Shown: one piece after another, positions 9,514 through 17,251 of the stretch
Position numbering within the stretch: the first letter of the stretch is position 1
Layout of the letters: each line of letters opens with the position of its first letter
Assembly: GCA_963836075.1 (NCBI GenBank)
Contig: CAWIIB010000009.1
Span: 2,112,001 to 2,176,000, forward strand
Direction: 5' to 3'
Length of the DNA: 64,000 nt
From: an uncultured Acidobacteriota bacterium
GTDB taxonomy: Bacteria; Acidobacteriota; JAQAZP01
Notes under the pieces: model-generated
The model's database searches: none
The model's input: the letters and a program-made list of their open reading frames with translations, nothing else
What the model was told of the DNA's origin: nothing
Program-made: the position numbers and the translations under genes

Positions 9514-9780
9514 TCAGGAACTGTAGGTGATCCAGTTGCCGCACATACCGCTGTAAACGTAACTGCCGCTGGTGCCGCCGGGGCCAAAGCCGATGCCGGC
9601 GCTGCCGCTGGCCGACTCGCTACCGCCGAAACCACCACCGAGGTGACCGGTGAAGGTGTCATAGGGAGCACCCATGTGCCAGGATCCCGGAGGGGGATCA
9701 GTGGTCTTGCCACAGGCCAGTGCGGAAGTTTCGAAACTCTTCTCGGTCGCGATCCTCGGCTTCTTGTAATCTCTCTTCAT
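9514..9780 (-). CDS. RiPP precursor peptide A1 (88 aa)
   Basis: MKRDYKKPRIATEKSFETSALACGKT...YDTFTGH...AGIGFGPGGTSGSYVYSGMCGNWITYSS; ATG 9780 after AGGAGGT. Confidence 0.9.
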   Translation of the reverse strand: MKRDYKKPRIATEKSFETSALACGKTTDPPPGSWHMGAPYDTFTGHLGGGFGGSESASGSAGIGFGPGGTSGSYVYSGMCGNWITYSS

Positions 9781-9850
9781 TACACAACCTCCTTTGATAT
9801 AAAGAGTTTTGGTATTGTTTGCCATTACACCTGGAAGGCAATTGGCGCTC

Positions 9851-9879
9851 TTTATATCATAGGGTCCCTGATGTGTCAA
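9851..9879 (-). promoter_or_regulatory. Near-consensus sigma70 promoter for the precursor genes
   Basis: Minus strand TTGACA-N17-TATAAA with an extended -10 TG, about 70 nt upstream of ATG 9780. Confidence 0.75.
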
Positions 9880-10029
9880 GTTCCTTCGCAGGACTTAGAT
9901 ACGGCTAACCAGCTTGCTCTCGGCGGCCTGAAAATCGGTGGACCGCCGGGATGGTCCGCGTCAATACTGGGAACCTGATTTCAACCCGTTGAGAAACCCC
10001 TGTTGCCGCAGCAACAACGTCAGTTAATC

Positions 10030-10046
10030 TGCACGATTTGTGCCAA
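10030..10046 (-). promoter_or_regulatory. Putative sigma54 (-24/-12) promoter upstream of the precursor genes
   Basis: Minus strand TTGGCAC-AAATC-GTGCA, exact GG-N10-GC spacing, in an AT-rich intergenic region. Confidence 0.55.
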
Positions 10047-10346
10047 TTGCCGGGGTATTGTCCGGTGTCTTATCGTCGTGCTCGTAATTCATTATGGTGG
10101 AAGGAAATAGTTCCCTGATCCAGGGCTGGTGGGCCGCCGGCATTGTGTCGGATCGCCCGTACGCTGCTCTGATCAAGGAATCGAATTGCCTACAGTCGGA
10201 AAACTATTACTCTTGGCAATCCCTTGCCTTTTTGGTTGGTTTGTTTATTTTTTGGCCGTCTATCAGCGATGCCGCGCCGGCTCCGGTGCGGTGAGGGGGA
10301 CTGAAGTCAAAAATGCGTGCCTCGAAGAAAGGTGCGGGGTGGCGAT

Positions 10347-10895
10347 TCAGTTCCGGAGCAGCGCGCCGAGAACGTAGACCGGACCGCAGAACAGGTAACG
10401 GATCACCGGCCGGGCCATGCGGTTCGGTCCCGCGGGGAGGCGGGCCGCCAGAGCCAGCAGGGGGCAGGCCAGGCGGCAGCTGAGGGCGGAGGCGCTGGCC
10501 ATGATCCGGCTGCGGACGCCGCGTCCGAGGGCTACGTCCCGCCCCTGGCGGCTGGTGGAGGCGACTCTGCCGAGAAGCGTATCCGCAGAGTGTGGCGGGT
10601 CGTAGTGGGGCAGGGTATCGCCGCTGGTCAGCATCAGCCGTTGGCCGTCCGCTGCGTTCTGCCAGCCGAGAAACCGGTGGCCGATGAAGCGACCGTCCCG
10701 GGTGGCGAAGAAGAGGATGTCTCCCGCCCGGGCCTGTTCTGCCTCCAGCGGTTCGATCCGGATCATCTCCCCGTGGCGCACAACCGGCATCATGCTTCCG
10801 CCAAAGGCGCGGAAGGTGAACGATCCATGACCGTCCAGCGTCTCCCGGATCATTCCGGCAGTGACGGTCCTGTGCTGCGGGCCGGGTCTGCTCAT
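10347..10895 (-). CDS. S24/S26 family (signal peptidase I-like) peptidase, putative leader peptidase
   Basis: GGSMMP (catalytic Ser), GDILFF, IGHR (His) and SGD motifs; last gene of the maturase operon, directly upstream of the precursors. Confidence 0.75.
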   Translation of the reverse strand: MSRPGPQHRTVTAGMIRETLDGHGSFTFRAFGGSMMPVVRHGEMIRIEPLEAEQARAGDILFFATRDGRFIGHRFLGWQNAADGQRLMLTSGDTLPHYDPPHSADTLLGRVASTSRQGRDVALGRGVRSRIMASASALSCRLACPLLALAARLPAGPNRMARPVIRYLFCGPVYVLGALLRN

Positions 10896-10911
10896 TGGGG
10901 GCCGCCGGCGT

Positions 10912-12027
10912 TCAGGTTTCGATGTCGTCGATATCAGAGGCCGGACGCTTCTCCTGGACCAACCGGCGCATCTTGGAGGTCCGGCAGGCGAAGGAGGACG
11001 GCCCGAAAGCGTCGCCGTCTTCCAGCAGGGCCACTCCCGGGCAACGGAAGCAGATCGGCAGCAGGGAACACTCGCTGCACTTCTCCACGTCGGCCATGGT
11101 GGTCTGCCGTATTTTTTTCAGCACCGGCGAGTTCTCCCAGATCTCACTGAACGGAGTTTCACGCAGGTTTCCGGCGCTCATCTGAAACTGGATGCAGGGG
11201 AACACGTTTCCGTAGGGGTCGATGCTCAGGAAGTTGGTGCCCGCCTTGCACATGTAGGTCTCCCTGGTCATCTGGGCGCCTTCGCTGTATTCCCGGGTCC
11301 CGAAGGTGAGCAGTCCCTGGTTGAACTTCTCGTCGCTGAGGATGCGGTGCAGGTCCTCGTCGCTGATCCGGTTGCCGCAGGGGCGTGATGAGCCGTCGAT
11401 TCCCGGGGCGATCAAGGGATCGATGGTGTATTTCACGTCCAGGCGGTCTCCGAGGGTCTTGATCAGGTCGAACTCCCCCACGTTGTCTTTCATCAGCGTG
11501 CACTTGAGGTTGACCTTCAGCCCCCGCGCCTTGAGCATCATGATCGCGGCGATGGTCTTCTTGAACGACCCGGGGAGCTGGGTGATCCGGTCATGGGTTT
11601 CCGCCGTGGCGCCATAGACCGAAATACCCATCTCCCACGGGGCCACCGACTTGATCCGGTCGGCCAGTTGCTCGTCGATCATCGTGGCGTTGGTCAGCAG
11701 GTTGATGGCGAAATGCAGGCTCCTGGCATGCTCGAGGATCTCCCAGATATCGCGGCGGAGAAAGATCTCACCGCCGGTGATCGAGAGGTGCAGCGTGCCC
11801 GCCTGGGCCAGCTGGTCGAGAATGGTGCGGATTTCGTCGGTGGTCAGTTCCTGCTTCACCTTCTCCTTCGAGGGGTGGTCGAGGTAGCAGTGCAGGCACT
11901 TTTCGTTACAGCGGTGGGTCAACTCCAGGATGACGCTGTACGGGATCAGCTTCTGGTGTGAGACGCTGCTGATCTTGCTCAGCACCGAGGGCTGGAACAG
12001 CTGCTCGGGGGGCGTGTTGTCGGACAT
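10912..12027 (-). CDS. Radical SAM/SPASM domain peptide maturase
   Basis: LELTHRCNEKCLHCY (CxxxCxxC), ITGGE, TNAT; SPASM region CKAG...IDPYGNVFPC...CSECSLLPICFRC...C. ATG 12027 with RBS GGAGG. Confidence 0.92.
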   Translation of the reverse strand: MSDNTPPEQLFQPSVLSKISSVSHQKLIPYSVILELTHRCNEKCLHCYLDHPSKEKVKQELTTDEIRTILDQLAQAGTLHLSITGGEIFLRRDIWEILEHARSLHFAINLLTNATMIDEQLADRIKSVAPWEMGISVYGATAETHDRITQLPGSFKKTIAAIMMLKARGLKVNLKCTLMKDNVGEFDLIKTLGDRLDVKYTIDPLIAPGIDGSSRPCGNRISDEDLHRILSDEKFNQGLLTFGTREYSEGAQMTRETYMCKAGTNFLSIDPYGNVFPCIQFQMSAGNLRETPFSEIWENSPVLKKIRQTTMADVEKCSECSLLPICFRCPGVALLEDGDAFGPSSFACRTSKMRRLVQEKRPASDIDDIET

Positions 12028-12177
12028 CTGGCGGGCCTCCCTGGGGATACGTGCGGCACGCGGATGCGTGCGGAAGGCCCTGCCGGCATCACGGCCGTAG
12101 ACGCCGCCACGGCCGGATTCTTGCCGGCCCGGGCGGGGCCTGTCCACGATTCCGGCGGGGCGTTCCGGCTCGGGGGA

Positions 12178-12453
12178 TCAGGAAAGGGTGACCAGGCTCT
12201 TTTCCTTCTGCATCAGTTCTTCGATGAATTCCACCACGTCTTTTTCCGCGGTTTCCCGGTCCACTTCGAACTCCGAGACCACCTGGTCGACAATCTCGCT
12301 CACTGTCTTCTCGCCGTCGCACAGCTCCCAGATCCTGGTGCCCACCGCGTCCAGCGAATGGACCGAACTGTCTTCAGCGGAGAGGAGGACCGCCTCGTCT
12401 CCAATAATACGCCAGGCGACGTTTTCGTCTCGGGTCACTTTCTTATCCAGCAT
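12178..12453 (-). CDS. Stand-alone PqqD-family RiPP recognition element (RRE)
   Basis: 91 aa, ...LDAVGTRIWELCDGEKTVSEIVDQVVSEFEVDRETAEKDVVEFIEEL, a classic PqqD signature. Confidence 0.92.
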   Translation of the reverse strand: MLDKKVTRDENVAWRIIGDEAVLLSAEDSSVHSLDAVGTRIWELCDGEKTVSEIVDQVVSEFEVDRETAEKDVVEFIEELMQKEKSLVTLS

Positions 12454-13255
12454 TTTCGATGCACCTCCATACAGACTCGTCGGGCTTGAAATGCAATTCC
12501 GCCGACGGGATCTGCGTCATGAAATCGGTGAAAACGGAAAGGAGTTCGTTGGTCAACTCGAGACCGCGGCCGAAAAACAGCACGTTTTGCAGAATCTGCG
12601 TCATTTTAACGCCCATGGGGATCTGGTCGATCCGGTTTTCCCTCGCCTTGCGCAGGAAGAAGAGGTGAGAAACCGGTGCCGATTCCCGGGCCGTCCCTTT
12701 CTGGAAGTCGCCCCAGAACGGGTTGCCGTGGACGACATATTCTCCGTTTTCCTTGAGCACGGCGGTCAGTTCGTCGCTCAGCAGTCTGTTTTCGGGCGAC
12801 AGGCCGCTGATCGTGCTTTTCCCCGACCCCGAGGAGCCGGTGAAGATGTAGCCCCTCCCCTTGTGAACAACCGAACTGGCGTGGAGCATGAATCCGCCCC
12901 GCTTGAGCATCAGCCAGGTGTAGAAAACCCGATAGAACGCGTCAAAGGAATAGATCGACTCGTGCACCTCCAGGGCCCCCTGGTTTCCGGCAATGCTGAA
13001 CACTCCCGTGAAATCGCTCCGGTTCATGTTCAGCCGCTCGTCCTCCAGGGTGAGAACGGGCTGCTCGCCGAGGCGGCTCTCCCTCGCCGACTCACCCGTC
13101 TCGGCGTCGAACGTGGTGACCCGGTAGGTGTACAGCGGCTGGTCGTCGGTGATGAAACTCTCGTAGCGGTCCCGCAACACCTCGGACAGCGTTGGGGAAT
13201 CCACCTCGAACCGGGTGGCGATGTCGGCGATGGTGATGGTGATCGACGTGTCCAT
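12443..13255 (-). CDS. HPr-kinase-like P-loop protein (ScmC / lasso-kinase-like), putative peptide kinase
   Basis: MLHASSV...YIFTGSSGSGKST (Walker A)...LLSDE...HGNPFWG. Real start is ATG 13255 within the over-extended 944-aa track ORF; the stop overlaps the PqqD start. Confidence 0.8.
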   Translation of the reverse strand: MDTSITITIADIATRFEVDSPTLSEVLRDRYESFITDDQPLYTYRVTTFDAETGESARESRLGEQPVLTLEDERLNMNRSDFTGVFSIAGNQGALEVHESIYSFDAFYRVFYTWLMLKRGGFMLHASSVVHKGRGYIFTGSSGSGKSTISGLSPENRLLSDELTAVLKENGEYVVHGNPFWGDFQKGTARESAPVSHLFFLRKARENRIDQIPMGVKMTQILQNVLFFGRGLELTNELLSVFTDFMTQIPSAELHFKPDESVWRCIENAG

Positions 13256-13357
13256 GATCTGGTTCCTGCACCCGGGAAATACGGCCCGCGGCGCCGCTGT
13301 GCGGGTCGGGCCGCCGCCTTTTCCGATTGTGTCGCCAACCCCTGCGAAAGGGCAATA

Positions 13358-13386
13358 GATATAGCAAAGGGCCCTTGTCTTGTCAA
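13358..13386 (-). promoter_or_regulatory. Sigma70 promoter for the kinase-PqqD-rSAM-peptidase operon
   Basis: Minus strand TTGACA-N17-TATATC with an extended -10 TG. Confidence 0.6.
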
Positions 13387-13419
13387 TAAAGCGATGACAG
13401 TTCCACCGGAGCCGGCCCG

Positions 13420-13449
13420 TTGACCCCTGGCGGCAAAAGTTGCTACCAT
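13420..13449 (+). promoter_or_regulatory. Divergent sigma70-like promoter for the methyltransferase gene
   Basis: TTGACC-N18-TACCAT with TG immediately upstream of the -10. Confidence 0.4.
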
Positions 13450-13528
13450 GCTCCGCTTTCCGGCGCGAAGCCCTCCCCGGTGGACGTTGGGCGCCGGTCG
13501 GCTGAACCTGATCGCTCTGGTGTTCACA

Positions 13529-14659
13529 GTGGACCTGTCTCTCCTCAAACTGATTCGTTGTCCGGCGGACACCGGCGGCCGTGCCTGCCATTCCCCGCTG
13601 GGCATCGACCGTCCGGCCGCCGAACCGGTCTTCTTCCCCGGAGGGGATCAGGACCTGGCGCAAGGGGTGTTGCGCTGCGACGGCTGCGGTGCCCGCTACC
13701 CGGTGATCTGCGGGGTGCCGGTGCTGCTGCGGGGTGTGGAGGCCTGGATCAGCGGGAACTACTGGTTCCTCCTCGGTTTTGCCGGGGAGATGGGCGCTCC
13801 GGTGACAAGCACCGCGGACTTTCTCCGGGAGACAGCTTCCCGGGACGGCGGGATGCCGCCCCGCCAGCTCTATGACCGTCGATGGTCCACCCGGGTGGCC
13901 AAGTTCGTCAGTAGCTACCTGATCAGCCACCACCTGGGTCTGGAGCGTCTGGAGTTGCTGGGACCGGCCCAGCGCCGGCTGGCCATGGAGATGGCCGTTG
14001 AGGGTGGTCCCCACGAGGTGCTCCAGGGCATGCTGGACGACCTGGAGACGCCCGGCGACACCACCGGGCCGGCCCTGGATGTGGGGTGCAGCGTGGGCGG
14101 CATGACGGCCCGATTGGCCGTTGGGGACCGGCTGGCGGTGGGGGCCGATATCAGTTTCGAGAGCCTGGTCTGGGCCCGGGCGCTGCTCAGGGGGCGGCCC
14201 GGCCCGCGTAACCTGGCGCCGGTGTTCACCGAGGGGGACAACCGGGTGGAGGTGCCGCTGGCTCCCCCGCAAGACAGCCGCTGCGAGTTCGTGCTGGCCG
14301 GCGGCGAGGCGCTCCCCTTCACCGACGGCTCTTTCGGGGTGGTCGCCAGCTGCAACCTGGTCGATGTGATCGACAAGCCGTCGGAACTGCTGGACGAGAA
14401 GAGCCGGTTGCTGGGGCCCGGCGGCGTGCTGCTCGTCTCCTCGCCCTTCCTGCATACCGCTGCGGGAGTTGGCCGCTGTCTCGCCCCCGAGGGCCGGCAG
14501 CCGACGGCTGTGTTGCGGACCATGCTCGAGGAACGGGGTTTCGAAGTGGCGGCCGAGCAGGAGGATGTGCCGTGGGTGCTCTATCACTACCGCCGCCGGC
14601 TCGATTTCTATCAGACGTTTTGTCTGGCCGCCCGCCGATGCGCGGCGGCTGAAGAGTGA
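13529..14659 (+). CDS. Class I SAM-dependent methyltransferase with N-terminal Trm112-like Zn module
   Basis: LIRCPAD...LRCDGCGARYPVICGVPVLL (Trm112-like); ALDVGCSVG, GADIS, LPFTDGSFGVV and LLGPGGVLLV motifs. GTG start inferred. Confidence 0.75.
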   Translation: MDLSLLKLIRCPADTGGRACHSPLGIDRPAAEPVFFPGGDQDLAQGVLRCDGCGARYPVICGVPVLLRGVEAWISGNYWFLLGFAGEMGAPVTSTADFLRETASRDGGMPPRQLYDRRWSTRVAKFVSSYLISHHLGLERLELLGPAQRRLAMEMAVEGGPHEVLQGMLDDLETPGDTTGPALDVGCSVGGMTARLAVGDRLAVGADISFESLVWARALLRGRPGPRNLAPVFTEGDNRVEVPLAPPQDSRCEFVLAGGEALPFTDGSFGVVASCNLVDVIDKPSELLDEKSRLLGPGGVLLVSSPFLHTAAGVGRCLAPEGRQPTAVLRTMLEERGFEVAAEQEDVPWVLYHYRRRLDFYQTFCLAARRCAAAEE

Positions 14660-14668
14660 GGCAGGTCT

Positions 14669-15808
14669 ATGGTCCATGTCTATCGGGCGGCAGTCTACCT
14701 GGTCATGATCGTCGCGGCGCTGCTGTTCTATCTGCTGCTGCGCCGGCTGTTCGGCAAGCGCACCCGGGTCTTCCCGCTGGTGGCGGCGCTGCTGGCGGTC
14801 ACAGGTTTGCTCTGGTGTACGCACTTTGCGCTCTCCAAACCGGCGTTGCTGCAGAAATACGCGCCGGTCCTGAAAATCAGGAAGCAGGGGGCGAAGATGA
14901 ACATGGTCTATATGGAGTCGGAGGTCCGGATCTGCAACCCCGACGGATCGGGGGACATCCTGTTCCTGCCCCAGGATTTCATCACCACCCGGGACATCAC
15001 CTGGTCGCCCGACGGCACCAGGATCATCTGCAGCCGTGTGGGGGACAGCCACGAGGGGATGAACCTCTGGCTCTACGATGCCAATGGTGAAAACCCGGTC
15101 CCGCTCACCTCGGGTCCGGGGATTGCCCGCCGGCCCAGCTGGTCGCCCGACAGCACCAGGATCGTCTTCGACTTCCGCCCCGGCTTGCGCCAGCTGGCCA
15201 CCGATATCTGCGTGATCAATGCCGACGGCAGCGGCCGGCAACTGCTGCTGGCCGGCAGCCGGACCCACGCCTATCATCCGGTCTGGTCACCGGACGGCAC
15301 GTCCATCTACTGCTGTGTGAAGGACGGGCGCCGCGATGACATCTGGGTCATGGATGCCGACGGCGGAAACCTGCGCCAGCTCACCTTCACCGCCGACCAG
15401 TCGGAGACCGAACTGGCGGTATCCCCCGACGGCAGCACCATCGTGTTTTCATTAAACCGCCGGGAGATGTACCTGATGGACGCCGACGGAAGCCATGTCC
15501 GCCCCTTGACCGCCGGGGACGGCAAGACCTGCCGGGGCCGGGACCCCAGCTGGAGCCCGGACGGCCAGCGGATCCTCTACGCCGGATTCGGGGCCAAGAA
15601 TTCCAGACGGTTCATCAAGGAGATCGGCAGGGACGGCAGCGGGCTGCGGCAGATCCCGGTGCAGGACGGCAAACTGCTCACCCCGGTGATGACGCCTGAC
15701 GGGTCGCGCCTGACCTACCTGCGGTTCGTCAAGACGGTGGTGCGCAAGGTCACACCCAGAAGGAACCCGGTGGCCGGGCCGGGGCTGCCGGCGGGAGAAG
15801 GGCGCTGA
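14669..15808 (+). CDS. Membrane-anchored TolB-like (PD40) beta-propeller protein
   Basis: Two N-terminal TM segments; repeated WSPDG motifs with interspersed MDADG blocks. Confidence 0.85.
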   Translation: MVHVYRAAVYLVMIVAALLFYLLLRRLFGKRTRVFPLVAALLAVTGLLWCTHFALSKPALLQKYAPVLKIRKQGAKMNMVYMESEVRICNPDGSGDILFLPQDFITTRDITWSPDGTRIICSRVGDSHEGMNLWLYDANGENPVPLTSGPGIARRPSWSPDSTRIVFDFRPGLRQLATDICVINADGSGRQLLLAGSRTHAYHPVWSPDGTSIYCCVKDGRRDDIWVMDADGGNLRQLTFTADQSETELAVSPDGSTIVFSLNRREMYLMDADGSHVRPLTAGDGKTCRGRDPSWSPDGQRILYAGFGAKNSRRFIKEIGRDGSGLRQIPVQDGKLLTPVMTPDGSRLTYLRFVKTVVRKVTPRRNPVAGPGLPAGEGR

Positions 15809-15814
15809 CCGGGG

Positions 15815-17203
15815 TCAGGACGACCTGGCCTTGAGCTTGAGACGCTTGATCATTTCGCTGAGGGTGGTGGGTTTGACCTGCAGCAGCTGGGCCGCCGACT
15901 TCTGCACACCGTTGGACAGGGAGAGGGCGCGGAGGATCAGAGCCTTCTCGAATTCCTCCACGGTCTTCTTCAGCGAGAGCCCGCCGTCGGGGATGATAAT
16001 CTCCTCCGCCGAGGGAATGGCCGGATTGCGGATGTGACCGGGGATCAGGTCGAGGTCGATTTCATCCGTCTTGCACAGAACCACTGCCCGCTCCACCGTG
16101 TTCTCCAGCTCGCGCACGTTTCCCGGCCAGTGGTAGCCTTCCAGCACACCCAGCGCCTCCCGGGTGAAGCCGGCCACACTCTTGCTGTTCTCCTCATTGT
16201 AAGTGCGGAGAAAGTGCATTGCCAGCAGCGGGATGTCCGAGGCGCGCTGGCGCAGCGGGGGCAGGGAAATGGTGATCACGTTGAGCCGGTAGTAAAGGTC
16301 TTCGCGGAATTCCTTTTTCTGCACCGCCTCTTCGAGATTGGAGTTGGTGGCGGCGATGATCCTGGTGTCGACGCGGATCGAGTCCACTCCGCCCAGGGCC
16401 ATGAACTCCCGTTCCTGGATCACCCGCAGGATCTTGGCCTGGGTTTCCGAACTCAGGTTTCCCACCTCGTCGAAGAAGATGGTCCCACGGTCCGCCAGCT
16501 CGAAGAGGCCCTTTTTGGTGTTGATCGCGCCGGTGAACGCCCCCTTCACGTGTCCGAAGAGATTGCTCTCCAGCAGGTCCGCCGGCATGCTGCCGCTGTT
16601 CACCACGATGAACGGCTGTCCGGAGCGGGGGCTGTTCATATGGATCGCCTTGGCGATCAACTCCTTGCCCGTTCCGCTCTCCCCCTGGATCAGCATCGTC
16701 GAGCGGCTCGGTGCCGCCTGGGAGATCAGGTCGAAGATCTCCTTCATCTCCGTGCTCTGGCCGATGATGTTGGAAAAACCGTATCTGTCGGAGAGGGCCC
16801 GCTTGAGGTTGCGGTTCTCCTGGGTCAGCCGCCGGTGCTCCACCCCCTTGCCGATGGTCAGCAGCACCTCCTCGTTCTTGAACGGTTTGGCGATGTAATC
16901 GAAGGCACCGTTTTTCATTGCTTCGATGGCGCTCTCCACCGAGGCGTAGGCGGTGATCATGATCACCACCTGGTGCGGGTCGTCCTGTCTGATGGACTGC
17001 AGCGCTTCCAGCCCGCTCATCCCAGGGAGCATGATGTCGCAGAGGATGACGTCGAAGTCGGTTTCGCCCAGCTGGCGCAGCCCGTCTTCAGCCGTGCCGG
17101 CGCATTCCACCTCGTAGCCGCGGCGCCGGAGCAGGCGGACCAGCACATCCTGCATCACCTCTTCGTCGTCGATGACGAGGACCCTGGCCCGCTCCTTATC
17201 CAT
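15815..17203 (-). CDS. Sigma54-dependent response regulator (NtrC family; REC-AAA+-HTH)
   Basis: VIDDE...DIMLP receiver; GESGTGKE, LESNLFGHVKGAFTGA, FREDLYYRLNV and WPGNVRELEN motifs; Fis-like HTH. Confidence 0.95.
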   Translation of the reverse strand: MDKERARVLVIDDEEVMQDVLVRLLRRRGYEVECAGTAEDGLRQLGETDFDVILCDIMLPGMSGLEALQSIRQDDPHQVVIMITAYASVESAIEAMKNGAFDYIAKPFKNEEVLLTIGKGVEHRRLTQENRNLKRALSDRYGFSNIIGQSTEMKEIFDLISQAAPSRSTMLIQGESGTGKELIAKAIHMNSPRSGQPFIVVNSGSMPADLLESNLFGHVKGAFTGAINTKKGLFELADRGTIFFDEVGNLSSETQAKILRVIQEREFMALGGVDSIRVDTRIIAATNSNLEEAVQKKEFREDLYYRLNVITISLPPLRQRASDIPLLAMHFLRTYNEENSKSVAGFTREALGVLEGYHWPGNVRELENTVERAVVLCKTDEIDLDLIPGHIRNPAIPSAEEIIIPDGGLSLKKTVEEFEKALILRALSLSNGVQKSAAQLLQVKPTTLSEMIKRLKLKARSS

Positions 17204-17251
17204 CCTGTCGCTCTCGATTGTGGCGCCGGAGCCTCAGGAGCCGGTGCCGTT

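Larger units (their letters stand above)
8666..9780 (-). repeat. Tandem triplication of precursor genes
   Basis: Near-identical DNA blocks in all three copies, e.g. plus-strand GTGACCGGT(G/A)AAGGTGTCATA near 8798, 9306 and 9643. Confidence 0.85.

Noticed and set aside
8666-9780. Precursors as small lipoproteins (ALAC resembles a lipobox)
   Set aside because: The residues before the Cys are charged or polar (TEKSFETS); there is no hydrophobic h-region.
8666-9780. CRISPR array or non-coding repeat
   Set aside because: The repeats are ~265-bp coding paralogs with RBSs and synonymous variation, not short repeats with unique spacers; no cas genes.
9183-9879. Track ORFs 9183..9713 (176 aa), 9514..9879 (121 aa) and 9152..9397
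   Set aside because: Over-extended or out-of-frame readings. Strong RBSs and the paralog alignment fix the starts at 9443 and 9780.
10094-10377. Small plus-strand ORFs or a fourth precursor in the AT-rich spacer
   Set aside because: No YxKP/ALACGK motif seen, no convincing RBS and atypical codon usage; better explained as a regulatory region.
8666-13255. Lasso peptide cluster (YxxP leader, PqqD, HPrK-like kinase)
   Set aside because: No asparagine-synthetase-like cyclase or transglutaminase-like B2 in the window, no conserved Asp/Glu at core positions 7-9, and the cores are far too long.
12443-15277. 944-aa ORF on the minus strand
   Set aside because: Only the last 270 codons have recognisable motifs; the rest is the antisense shadow of the methyltransferase and PD40 genes.
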